A stretch of DNA of 64,000 bases, from contig JBKHBS010000001.1 in the NCBI GenBank assembly GCA_046542225.1, forward strand, positions 52,259-116,258. Direction: 5' to 3'. This DNA comes from Candidatus Izemoplasmatales bacterium. GTDB taxonomy: Bacteria > Bacillota_I > Bacilli_A > Izemoplasmatales > Hujiaoplasmataceae. A program made the position numbers and the translations under genes. Of this stretch, positions 47,496-56,845 are shown in pieces. Position 1 is the first letter of the stretch; each line of letters starts with the position of its first letter. The notes below the pieces were generated by a model, which was not told the DNA's origin, searched no databases, and saw only the letters and a program-made list of their open reading frames with translations.

Positions 47496-47582
47496 GCCGG
47501 TATGGTGGAATTGGTAGACACGATGGACTCAAAATCCATTGCCCTTAAAAGCGTGTCGGTTCGAGTCCGACTACCGGTACCA
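47496..47582 (+). tRNA. tRNA-Leu (anticodon CAA)
   Basis: GCCGGTA/TACCGGT acceptor stem, ATGGA-CTCAAAA-TCCAT anticodon arm, long variable arm, GTTCGAG T-loop, encoded CCA; TATAAT at 47478. Confidence 0.96.
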
Positions 47583-47590
47583 AAATAATA

Positions 47591-47660
47591 TGAAGTGGCT
47601 TCCAAAAGTTGGAGATATGGTATAGAAAACCATACACTCTAATGAAGGGAGCCTTTTTTA
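47591..47660 (+). mobile_element. Possible IS3/IS150-type terminal remnant forming a nested hairpin that could also terminate the tRNA transcript
   Basis: Starts TGAAGTGGCTTCCAAAAGTTGGAGA, similar to IS150-group ends (TGAAnTGnnnCCAAAAGTTrGA); GGCTTCC...GGGAGCC-TTTTTT; no transposase ORF. Confidence 0.4.
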
Positions 47661-47691
47661 TAGCAATAATAATAATTATTAAAAACAAAAT

Positions 47692-47727
47692 AAAAAGCCT
47701 CTTAGATTTATCTAAAAGGCTTTTTTT
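47692..47727. terminator. Bidirectional intrinsic terminator
   Basis: AAAAAGCCTCTTAGAT-tt-ATCTAAAAGGCTTTTTTT. Confidence 0.85.
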
Positions 47728-47728
47728 C

Positions 47729-50185
47729 TTAATTTAAAACTTTTTCTATAAATATTTTAACTATTTTTGGGTCGAATTGGTCACCAGCATGTTTTTTCAT
47801 CTCTTTGATGGCTTCTTCTTTAGATATACCAGCCCTATAAGGCCTGTCGGCTGTCATGGCCTCATAAGAATCTGCAATGCTTATAATTCTAGAAAATAAA
47901 GGAATTTCTTGACCTTTGAGTCCTTGTGGATAGCCTGTACCATCCCACCTTTCATGGTGTGATAAAGCATAAGTTGCCAAGTTTGAATAATGATCTGCGG
48001 CCCTTAAAATATTATAACCATTCTCTGTATGCTTTTTCATTAAAAGTCGTTCTTCTTTATTCAACTCTTTTGCTTTGTTTAATATGGCATCAGGTGTAGA
48101 AATTTTTCCGATGTCATGATACAAACTTGCAAGTTCTAATTCCTTTAAGTCATCGGATTTTATGCCCATGGCTTTGCCAATTTTTTTGCTGAGTTCAGCA
48201 ACCACTTCTGAATGTATTTTCTCTCTTGGATTTCTTTCGATAAGGGTTTCATAAATGGCTTGGATGGCCGTATTCCTTGTGCTTTTTCCTTCGGTGATTT
48301 TATTCCTATACATTAAATTTTCTGCGTTTTTAATGAGTTCTTCTAAGTCGTGGTTATTTTCTTGACAGGTTTCATAGCCTACGGCAATGGACAGTGGTAT
48401 ATTGTGGATTTTAATGATGGATAAGGCAGATTGAACTTTCTTTTTAAAAGATTCAAGAATTTCTGTTGTGGATTTAGGGATGATTACTCCAAACTCATCG
48501 CCACCAATTCTAGCAACAGTTGCATTGTCCGGTGCATGTGATTTGATGATTTCAGCGGTTTGTTTTAAGGCCAAGTCTCCGATTTTATGACCATAAGCAT
48601 CATTTAGTAACTTAAGGCCGTTTAAATCCATCATCATGAGTCCTAGTGGACAGGTGTGTTTATTGTTTAAATTTGAAAAGGTTTTGACAAAATATCGACG
48701 ATTGTATAAACCAGTTAAGAAATCGTGATTTGAGATATATTCAATTTCTCTTTGTCTTTCCATTGCTTCAGTGATGTCTCTAGAAATACCAACTGCACCA
48801 ACAATCTTATTTTCTTCATTGTAAATCGGCGAAATAGAAGATTCAAAATATAAAGTTTTATCATCAATTTGGTATTGCCAATCATAGACATGATGTTGGC
48901 CTTTCAAAGCTTGTGAATAAATTTCATCTCTTTCATCGCCATCGTTTCCAAAAACTTCTTTGATGGTTCTTCCGATAAAATCTTGACTTTTTAAATTTAG
49001 TTTTTCAACACCTTTTCCAAAAATGGATACAAATCTTTTGCTGGCGTCAATCTCAAAGATGATATCCGCTGTTGATTCCATCAATAAACGGACTCTTTGG
49101 TTTTCTATTGTTAATTGGTGTTGAGCTTCTAAGTTTTTAGAAATATAAAATTCTGTTGAATCTAGTGCTTGGTTTATGGCAGAAATGATTGGATGATAAT
49201 CTTCGATATCATGTGCCTTAATTCGATAAGAAGGATTTAAATTGACATCAATCTTTAAAATTGAGCTGACAAGATTTCTGAAAGGTTCATCAATATGTCT
49301 ATAATACAAGATAAAAACAGCGATTAAACTGATAAAGACAATGAGAAATACAACCATGAAAACTTCTCGAACCATGACAAGAGGTGAACTGTATTCATTC
49401 ATAGGTAGGAAAACACCAAGTATATATTGATCATCTGCAATTCGATTGTGGGCTAAAACACCTATTGTGTCGTCAATTTCAACAGAATCCGCAAATCCAG
49501 GTTCAGAAAAAGAATCATATTGAAAATTACCAATGGTTAATTCACTGAGAGATAAGTTATTAGATTCTAATTCATGATAAGCAATAAGATGATTGGCATT
49601 ATCAATTAAAAAAGCAAAACCATCTTCACCAACTTCAGTATTTGTAATGACAGATGATATTGCACTAATGTCGATATCAGTTGATAAAACGCCATATAAG
49701 TCATCATTTAGGTAAATCGCTTTTGCAACATTGATGATGATTTTGTCTTCAGTTGCATTTAAATAACCTGGTGTATAAATAATGCCTTCATTTTCAATGG
49801 CAAGTTCATACCATGGCCTTGTGGTTAAATCAAAATCAGGTCCAGGGACAAAACCACTTGAATTAATCATAGTGCGATCAGGTTTGCCAAGATAAATGGA
49901 ATAAAATAAGTCATTTCCATCGGCAATAGAAATCATATAATCCAAAAGTTCACTATCATTATATTTTTCTTCTTGAATATAGAGTTCTAAGTTAGAAATT
50001 GTGTTTTCAATTTCTTGAAAATAATATTGGATTTCTAATTTGGTATTGTTTCTTTGATAGATTAAATTTTCTTTTTGCTTATTTTCAATCAGATTGGTTG
50101 TAAAGATAAAAGTTCCAATAATTAATGCGAAAATAACGACTGTAAAAATAGAAATAAGCAAATAAGTCTTTTTTATATGTTTCAT
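47729..50185 (-). CDS. Membrane sensor: dCache-PAS-GGDEF-HD-GYP (c-di-GMP cyclase/phosphodiesterase)
   Basis: TM, FDLTTRPWY (Cache), TM, PAS (GAVGISRDIT), HDFLTGLYNRR, ARIGGDEF, YHDIGK, HHERWDGTGYP. Confidence 0.93.
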   Translation of the reverse strand: MKHIKKTYLLISIFTVVIFALIIGTFIFTTNLIENKQKENLIYQRNNTKLEIQYYFQEIENTISNLELYIQEEKYNDSELLDYMISIADGNDLFYSIYLGKPDRTMINSSGFVPGPDFDLTTRPWYELAIENEGIIYTPGYLNATEDKIIINVAKAIYLNDDLYGVLSTDIDISAISSVITNTEVGEDGFAFLIDNANHLIAYHELESNNLSLSELTIGNFQYDSFSEPGFADSVEIDDTIGVLAHNRIADDQYILGVFLPMNEYSSPLVMVREVFMVVFLIVFISLIAVFILYYRHIDEPFRNLVSSILKIDVNLNPSYRIKAHDIEDYHPIISAINQALDSTEFYISKNLEAQHQLTIENQRVRLLMESTADIIFEIDASKRFVSIFGKGVEKLNLKSQDFIGRTIKEVFGNDGDERDEIYSQALKGQHHVYDWQYQIDDKTLYFESSISPIYNEENKIVGAVGISRDITEAMERQREIEYISNHDFLTGLYNRRYFVKTFSNLNNKHTCPLGLMMMDLNGLKLLNDAYGHKIGDLALKQTAEIIKSHAPDNATVARIGGDEFGVIIPKSTTEILESFKKKVQSALSIIKIHNIPLSIAVGYETCQENNHDLEELIKNAENLMYRNKITEGKSTRNTAIQAIYETLIERNPREKIHSEVVAELSKKIGKAMGIKSDDLKELELASLYHDIGKISTPDAILNKAKELNKEERLLMKKHTENGYNILRAADHYSNLATYALSHHERWDGTGYPQGLKGQEIPLFSRIISIADSYEAMTADRPYRAGISKEEAIKEMKKHAGDQFDPKIVKIFIEKVLN

Positions 50186-50195
50186 AAATGCCTCG

Positions 50196-51011
50196 CTATT
50201 TTAGGACTTTAAAATGAGTGATTTCAATCTCGTTTTTTATGATGGGAATCCTTTCCCTTGCTTCTTTAATGAGATCTAAATCTATATCAACACTCATTAA
50301 AGCTTCAGACTCATCCAATTCCTTAATGATTTCACCATAGGGATTTACAACCAAAGAATGGCCGTAAGGTTCATAAGGACCAAAGGAGTCCCTAGCTGGG
50401 CTTGAAGATATAAAATACATTTGATTGTCTATTGCTCTTGCTCTAAAAGTGGTATGCCAATGTAGTGGACCAGTAAATGTATTAAAAGCAGCAGGCACAA
50501 AAATAAGGGATGTATCTAAATCTCTAATCTTTTTAGCCAGATAGGGGAATCGAATATCAAAACAAATCATGAGACCCATTTGGCCAAATTCTGTATTAAA
50601 GGTTACAATTTTATTTCCAGCTGATAAACAATCAGCCTCAGAAAATTTGCTACCATCAGGATAGGTGACAGAAAATAAATGTATTTTTTGATACTTGTTT
50701 ATAATCTCACCTTTTCTATTAAAAATAAAAGAAGTATTATAAATTTTACCATTTTCAGTTTCGGGAATAGACCCACCAATAACATAAGAGTTAAATTTGA
50801 TGGCAATTTGACTCAGTAACATAAGTACTTCACTGTCTTTATTTTGTTGGTTTTCTTTAAAATATTTCAATTCATAAGGTGTCATAAACATCTCAGGGAA
50901 GACAATGAAATCGTAGTTTTCTTGTTGTTTAGACTTTAATAGATTTTCGATATGCTTCATATTATCCTTGACAGTTTCTAGCACTTTGTTTTGTATGATT
51001 AATACTTTCAA
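50196..51011 (-). CDS. Carbon-nitrogen hydrolase (Nit2/omega-amidase-like)
   Basis: FPEMF, KIHLF and ICFDIRFP supply the E-K-C triad; PAAFNTFTGPLHW, RARAIDNQ; TTG start after AGGAGG. Confidence 0.92.
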   Translation of the reverse strand: MKVLIIQNKVLETVKDNMKHIENLLKSKQQENYDFIVFPEMFMTPYELKYFKENQQNKDSEVLMLLSQIAIKFNSYVIGGSIPETENGKIYNTSFIFNRKGEIINKYQKIHLFSVTYPDGSKFSEADCLSAGNKIVTFNTEFGQMGLMICFDIRFPYLAKKIRDLDTSLIFVPAAFNTFTGPLHWHTTFRARAIDNQMYFISSSPARDSFGPYEPYGHSLVVNPYGEIIKELDESEALMSVDIDLDLIKEARERIPIIKNEIEITHFKVLK

Positions 51012-51101
51012 AGCGACACCTCCTTTTCTTATAGTTTATCATTTTGTAAGGTTTAAGAAAAGATATTTTAAATATTCAGTTCAATCATATATAATGGATG
51101 T

Positions 51102-51725
51102 ATGGATAAAATTTGTGAGAACTGCATTTATGGCAGTATAAAAAGTGATTTTCTTGAATACCATGATAAATCAATCATCTTTCTTGAAGGTCAACCATTA
51201 GAAAATATATACTCTATACAAGAAGGCTATGTTAAAATGAGCAAGTTTTTAGAAAATGGAGATGAGTTTATCATTGGAGTATTAGGGCCAGGCGATTATA
51301 TCGCTCTTTTAGCTTTATTACAGGATAAAGAAAATTACATCGCCAGTGCCAGTTGTCTATCAAAGGTAAAATTAAGGGTTATGGACAAGCAAGATGTTTT
51401 AGACGCATATGGTTCAAATGCAGCATTTAAAGAAAATTGCTTAAAATGTGCTGTGACACGGTCGAATTTATTCCATACACAGTTACAATTATCAGCAGAA
51501 GCTGATATTAAAGAAAAGATTATTATGATTTTAAAGAATTTATCCTATAAATTTGGTTATGAGTATCAGAAAAAGTATGTCATTGAATTGCCTTTTTCTA
51601 AAACAGTCTTAGCAAACATCCTTAATATTCGTAGAGAAACACTATCAAGACATCTCAGTGCATTGCAAAAAGATGAAATCATTAAAGTCGAAAAAAATAC
51701 TTATACCTTAAATTATGTGATTTGA
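51102..51725 (+). CDS. Crp/Fnr family transcriptional regulator
   Basis: cNMP-binding fold (IFLEG, GYVKM, LGPGDYI), HTH RRETLSR; CENC and CLKC cysteine pairs. Confidence 0.92.
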   Translation: MDKICENCIYGSIKSDFLEYHDKSIIFLEGQPLENIYSIQEGYVKMSKFLENGDEFIIGVLGPGDYIALLALLQDKENYIASASCLSKVKLRVMDKQDVLDAYGSNAAFKENCLKCAVTRSNLFHTQLQLSAEADIKEKIIMILKNLSYKFGYEYQKKYVIELPFSKTVLANILNIRRETLSRHLSALQKDEIIKVEKNTYTLNYVI

Positions 51726-51757
51726 ATCACATAAAGTTTTTTGAGATTTGTTATAAT
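51713..51757 (+). promoter_or_regulatory. Crp/Fnr-type operator plus extended -10 of the DUF438-ybaN promoter
   Basis: TTATGTGA-TTTGAA-TCACATAA (51713-51734) and TG-T-TATAAT (-10 at 51752-51757). Confidence 0.85.
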
Positions 51758-51778
51758 AGGTTTGAAAAGAGGGATAGT

Positions 51779-52984
51779 ATGAGTGAATTTATTGATAACA
51801 ATTCAAAAGAAAGACAAAAAAAATTAAAAGATTTGATTAAAAAAATCCATAATGGTATGCCTATAGACCAAGCAAAAGCCTTATTTAAAAAAGATTTTCA
51901 AGAAATTTCTACTGATGAAATTGTTAAACTAGAACAAGGACTAATGGATGAAGGTATGTCTATGGATGAAGTACAAAGCCTTTGTGATGTTCATGCGGCT
52001 GTTTTTGAAGGATCAATTTCTGATATTCATAAAACAAAATCAATGATGGATATACCGGGCCATCCGGCCAAAGTTTTCTCAGACGAAAACAAGAAAATCT
52101 TAGTCTTGATAGAAAGTGAAATAGAACCCTATATCGGGAAAACGGATCCCAATTCATTTTTAATGTTGAGAATTGGCATTGAAAGACTCATGGAAGTTTC
52201 AAAACATTATGCTAGAAAAGAAAACTTATTCTTTCCTAGTTTAGAAAAAAAAGGGATTACTTCAATACCTAAAGTAATGTGGGGTGTTGATGATGAAATT
52301 AGACAAGATTTAAAATCACTAAAACAATTGCTTGATGATAAAGAATCTGATTATAAAGTGATTCAAAAAAGAACATTGGCTGTGCTTGAAAGAGTTAAAG
52401 ATATGGTGATGAAAGAAGAAAATATTCTATTACCAAAGTTATCTGATGTCATGTCTTTCTATGACTGGATTTTAGCGGATAAAGCCAGTGATGAAATCGG
52501 TTATTTCTTGGAAGCGCCTAAAGAATCTTGGGCGGTTAAAGAAGAGGACCAAGCCAAAGAAAGCGAATCAGATGTCAAAGGTGAAATGAAGTTTGATGCA
52601 GGATCTTTATCACAAGTTGAATTAAATTCAATTCTTAATACCCTACCTTTAGATATGACTTTTGTTGATAAGGATGGTCATGTGAAATATTTCACACAAG
52701 GAAAAGAAAGAATATTCAATCGACCAATCACCATCATTGGTAGGCATGTATCATTATGTCATCCACCAAAATCAGTCCATGTTGTGGAAGAAATTATTGA
52801 AAGTTTTAAAAATGGTTCAAAAGATTATGAAGACTTCTATATACAACTCAAAGAAATGTTTGTTTACATTCGTTACTTCGCTGTTAGGGACAAGGACAAT
52901 CAATATTTAGGAACCTTAGAAATCACACAAGATATAAAACCAATCAGGGCCTTAGAGGGCGAAAAGAGACTGATTAGTCAATAA
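51779..52984 (+). CDS. DUF438 / hemerythrin-like / PAS_10 domain protein
   Basis: EIVKLEQ, LCDVHAAVF, GHP, HYARKENLFFP, VMWGVDDEIR, CHPPKSVH, LEITQD. Confidence 0.9.
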   Translation: MSEFIDNNSKERQKKLKDLIKKIHNGMPIDQAKALFKKDFQEISTDEIVKLEQGLMDEGMSMDEVQSLCDVHAAVFEGSISDIHKTKSMMDIPGHPAKVFSDENKKILVLIESEIEPYIGKTDPNSFLMLRIGIERLMEVSKHYARKENLFFPSLEKKGITSIPKVMWGVDDEIRQDLKSLKQLLDDKESDYKVIQKRTLAVLERVKDMVMKEENILLPKLSDVMSFYDWILADKASDEIGYFLEAPKESWAVKEEDQAKESESDVKGEMKFDAGSLSQVELNSILNTLPLDMTFVDKDGHVKYFTQGKERIFNRPITIIGRHVSLCHPPKSVHVVEEIIESFKNGSKDYEDFYIQLKEMFVYIRYFAVRDKDNQYLGTLEITQDIKPIRALEGEKRLISQ

Positions 52985-53340
52985 TGAAGTTCATATATCT
53001 TTTATTGGGCAGCGTATCCCTTGGGCTTGGGGCCTTGGGTGTTGTTCTACCAATTCTCCCTACAGTACCCTTTTTATTGTTGACAGCATATTTTTATTCT
53101 AAATCTTCCGACAAGTTCTATAATTGGTTTATCCATACGAAAATCTATAAACGATATCTAGAAGATTTTATTAAAACAAGATCAATGACAAGAAAAAGTA
53201 AATGGCAACTCATGATTTTTGTGGATACAATATTAGTCATTTCATTTATTATGGTTGATTATATCCCGGCCAAAATATTAATTGTTGCATTATTTTTAAT
53301 TAAGCATTATTATTTTTATAAGTATGTTAAAACCGTTTAA
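52984..53340 (+). CDS. ybaN: YbaN (DUF454) family membrane protein
   Basis: LGALGVVLPILPTVPFLLL..Y.KSS. Confidence 0.9.
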   Translation: MKFIYLLLGSVSLGLGALGVVLPILPTVPFLLLTAYFYSKSSDKFYNWFIHTKIYKRYLEDFIKTRSMTRKSKWQLMIFVDTILVISFIMVDYIPAKILIVALFLIKHYYFYKYVKTV

Positions 53341-53363
53341 ACCATAGTTTCTATGGTTTTTTT
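53338..53363 (+). terminator. Intrinsic terminator after ybaN
   Basis: AAACCATAG-ttt-CTATGGTTTTTTT. Confidence 0.85.
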
Positions 53364-53428
53364 CTTTGACATTGAAGTTTTTCTTAAGTATGTTACAATA
53401 TATATAGTGAGAATTGGTGAGGTGTTTT

Positions 53429-54337
53429 GTGGAAAATATATTGGATGTTGTGATTATTGGGGCAGGGCCTGCAGGCTTAAGTGCTGCCATTTATGCGAAA
53501 AGAGCTATGCTTAATTTCGTTGTTTTAGAGAAGTTTCTTCCAGGAGGCGGTATTGCTAATACCTTTGAATTAGAAAACTACCTTGGCTTAGGCAAGGTCA
53601 CTGGTTTAGAAATGGCTGATTTAATGGTCAAGCATGTTAATGACTTAGGCATTGATATAAAAACTGAAGAAGTAAGACAAGTGTCTTTTGCTCAAACAAT
53701 TAAAACAATAAAAACAGATAAGACTACCTATAAAACTAAAAATGTAGTGATAGCTTCTGGTGCATCTCCAAAAAAACTAGGTTGTCTTGGTGAAGAAAGA
53801 TTGCTTGGACGTGGTGTGTCTAATTGTGCAACTTGTGATGGCTTTATTTATAAGAATAAATCCGTTTTAGTTGTTGGTGGTGGAGACGTTGCTGTAGAAG
53901 ACGCTATATATTTATCTAGAATAGCAAAAGATGTAACTTTAGTTCATAGAAGAGAACAATTACGAGCAGTTAAATCTCTCCAGGAACGTGTCTTTAAAAT
54001 TGACAATGTCAAGATCCTTTGGAATAGTGAATTAAAAGAAATTAAAGGCAAAGACTTTGTAGAGTCTGCGACCATTTATAATAATAAAACAAATGAAGCA
54101 TCAAATATTTTAGTTGATGGCATATTTATAGCAGTTGGATATAATCCAAACATTGAATTTTTAGGCAAGGATTTAGATAAAACTGAAAACGGTTGGATAA
54201 AAACAAACAATTATTGTGAAACAAATATAAGTGGTGTCTATGCAGTGGGTGATATTAGGGATACGCTTTTAAGACAAGTCGCGACAGCGGTCAGTGATGG
54301 TGCAATTGCCATTTCAGATTTAAGTAAAACATTATAA
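53429..54337 (+). CDS. trxB: Thioredoxin-disulfide reductase
   Basis: GAGPAGLSAAIY, CATCDG, GGGDVAVEDA, HRR, GD..RQVATAVSDG; GTG start after GAGGTG. Confidence 0.95.
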   Translation: MENILDVVIIGAGPAGLSAAIYAKRAMLNFVVLEKFLPGGGIANTFELENYLGLGKVTGLEMADLMVKHVNDLGIDIKTEEVRQVSFAQTIKTIKTDKTTYKTKNVVIASGASPKKLGCLGEERLLGRGVSNCATCDGFIYKNKSVLVVGGGDVAVEDAIYLSRIAKDVTLVHRREQLRAVKSLQERVFKIDNVKILWNSELKEIKGKDFVESATIYNNKTNEASNILVDGIFIAVGYNPNIEFLGKDLDKTENGWIKTNNYCETNISGVYAVGDIRDTLLRQVATAVSDGAIAISDLSKTL

Positions 54338-54351
54338 ATTGAGGTGATTGC

Positions 54352-55299
54352 ATGCTTAAATACTTACTTAAAAGATTAATTTTCTTTGCCATATCACTTT
54401 TCATTATTATGAGCCTAATGTTTATATTGACCAGGGTCTCTATGTTAAGTATATGGGCAATGCCACATCCTATCATAGAAGATTTTAGGATTGCTTGGGC
54501 TGAATATTTAGTTTATTTAGAAAAAATTGTAACAGATTGGGATTGGGGACAAACACGTCAGGGTGTACCAATTTGGGCATATGTTTTTGATAAAATGATG
54601 GTGACACTCCGGTATAATGTTGTGGCTTTAATCATTTATTTTATAGGTGGTGTTGCTTTTGGTGTTATCGCTGCTTATTATAAAAATAAATTTTTAGATT
54701 ACCTTATCTCATTCTTCTCAATGTTATTTAATTCAATACCAGGATTTGTTTTCATATTTTTCTTAATTTTAGTATTTGGATATGGCCTGAACTGGTTTCC
54801 ACCTCAAGAACCTTATGCCAATGCAACTTTACTTAGAACAATTAAAGGTTATTTTATTCCTGTCGTTGCCTTGTCTGTAGGCCCGATGGGAAAAATAGCT
54901 CAAACCATTCGTGGTGAAATTATTGAATCAATGCAAACACCACAATATTTATTATTAAGAGCAAAAGGTTTAACAAAAAAACAAGCTTTTTTAAGACATG
55001 GACTTAAAGATAGTTTGGTTGTAATGGTTCCAGAACTTATTCCTTTATTTGTTTTTGTAATCAATATGTCATTTGTGATTGAGTATACTTATAATATTAA
55101 CGGTATTGCACTTTTATTCTTTAAATCTTTAATTAGTTTTGGCGGCATGAATAATGCAATTATTGTGAATACATCAATCGCTGTACCAGTGGGTGTATTA
55201 TTGGTTGGTATTATCATGGTATTCTCACTGATTACTGATATGACAATGGCCTTCTTAGATCCAAGAATATCCATCAAATCAAAAAAAACTGAAATGTAA
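54352..55299 (+). CDS. OppB/DppB-like ABC permease (orphan here)
   Basis: MLKYLLKRL, DWG, SIPGF, RAKGL....RHGLK (EAA loop), IEYTYNINGI, LDPRI. Confidence 0.85.
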   Translation: MLKYLLKRLIFFAISLFIIMSLMFILTRVSMLSIWAMPHPIIEDFRIAWAEYLVYLEKIVTDWDWGQTRQGVPIWAYVFDKMMVTLRYNVVALIIYFIGGVAFGVIAAYYKNKFLDYLISFFSMLFNSIPGFVFIFFLILVFGYGLNWFPPQEPYANATLLRTIKGYFIPVVALSVGPMGKIAQTIRGEIIESMQTPQYLLLRAKGLTKKQAFLRHGLKDSLVVMVPELIPLFVFVINMSFVIEYTYNINGIALLFFKSLISFGGMNNAIIVNTSIAVPVGVLLVGIIMVFSLITDMTMAFLDPRISIKSKKTEM

Positions 55300-55305
55300 A
55301 GTTGT

Positions 55306-55336
55306 AGAAAGGATGAAATATTCCTTTCTTTTTTTA
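55306..55336 (+). terminator. Intrinsic terminator
   Basis: AGAAAGGA...TCCTTTCT followed by a T run. Confidence 0.78.
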
Positions 55337-55392
55337 CTTCATTTGTGAAGATTTTTTTTAAGTGATATAATAATGATAAAGGAGTGATTGAT

Positions 55393-56763
55393 ATGGCTAT
55401 TAAAGATTTGGTAAAGAAACAAAGAGACTATTATAATACTGGGTCGACAAAAAGTTATAAGTTTAGAAAAGAAGCACTTCATAAACTATATGAGGCTATA
55501 AAAACCTATGAAAGCGAAATTAAAGACGCCTTATATAAAGACTTAAATAAAAGTGGTGCTGAGTCTTATTTAACTGAGATTGGTGTAACTCTTAAAGAAA
55601 TCAAATATTTATCAAAACATTTAAAAAAACTGATGAAAAGAAAAAAAAGAAAAACTGAAATATCTAACTTTCCTGCTAAAAGTTTTATATCGCCACACCC
55701 TTATGGTGTGACTTTAATCATGAGCCCATGGAATTACCCAATTTATTTAACACTTGCACCCTTAGCTGGTGCTATCTCAGCTGGTAATACAGCCATCCTT
55801 AAGCCAAGTGATTATAGTTCAAATACATCTGATGTGATTGAAAAACTCATCAAGGATACTTTCGAAAACGATTATATAAGCGTTGTAAAAGGTGGGAGAG
55901 AAGAAAACCAAGACTTATTAAACCAAAAATTTGATTACATTTTCTTTACAGGTAGTACGACGGTTGGAAAAGTCGTTATGGAAAAAGCATCGAAGAACTT
56001 GACCCCAATATCATTAGAACTTGGCGGTAAAAGTCCAACAATTGTTACAAAAGATGCAAACATTGATTTAGCAGCTAAACGGATTATTTTTGGTAAATTA
56101 ATTAATACTGGACAAACATGTGTAGCGCCAGACTATATACTGATTGATGAAAGAGTTGAAGAGGAATTTATTGGAAGATCTTTGCAATATATTAATGAAT
56201 TTTTTGGAAAGAACCCGCTTGAAAATGAAAACTATGGAAAAATAATCAATAAAAAACATTATGACAGACTGGTTGGGCTCATGGAAGACCAAGAAATTGC
56301 TGTTGGTGGTAAAAGTGATAAAAAGCAAAACAAAATCGAACCAACACTTTTAAGAAATGTTTCTTCAGAATCGCCAATTATGCAAGAAGAGATATTCGGA
56401 CCTATTTTACCACTTATGACCTATAAGGATCTTAATGAAGCCATTAGTTTTATTCAATCAAGACCTCATCCTTTGGCTTTGTATTTATTCACCCAATCGA
56501 GAAAAATCATTGATCAAGTTTTAGAACAATGTCAATTTGGCGGTGGATGTATTAATGACACCATCATGCAAGTCGCTAGCCATTATTTACCTTTTGGTGG
56601 AGTAGGCGACAGTGGCATAGGTGCTTATCATGGTAAAGCAAGTTTTGAAACTTTTTCTCACTATCGTAGCATCATCAAAAAATCAACCTTAATAGACATA
56701 CCTTTAAGATATCAACCATTAACCAATAAAAAGATGAAAATCATCAAGAAGATTCTTAAATAA
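55393..56763 (+). CDS. Aldehyde dehydrogenase (ALDH3/YwdH-like)
   Basis: PWNYP, FTGS, LELGGKSP, GQTCVAPDY, EEIFGP, PFGGVGDSG. Confidence 0.95.
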   Translation: MAIKDLVKKQRDYYNTGSTKSYKFRKEALHKLYEAIKTYESEIKDALYKDLNKSGAESYLTEIGVTLKEIKYLSKHLKKLMKRKKRKTEISNFPAKSFISPHPYGVTLIMSPWNYPIYLTLAPLAGAISAGNTAILKPSDYSSNTSDVIEKLIKDTFENDYISVVKGGREENQDLLNQKFDYIFFTGSTTVGKVVMEKASKNLTPISLELGGKSPTIVTKDANIDLAAKRIIFGKLINTGQTCVAPDYILIDERVEEEFIGRSLQYINEFFGKNPLENENYGKIINKKHYDRLVGLMEDQEIAVGGKSDKKQNKIEPTLLRNVSSESPIMQEEIFGPILPLMTYKDLNEAISFIQSRPHPLALYLFTQSRKIIDQVLEQCQFGGGCINDTIMQVASHYLPFGGVGDSGIGAYHGKASFETFSHYRSIIKKSTLIDIPLRYQPLTNKKMKIIKKILK

Positions 56764-56845
56764 ATGCATTATTCATTAAAAAGGTTAAAAAAAATATCAT
56801 TTACTACTTAAATTTAAATACTTATGGAAAGAAAGAGAGATAGGC

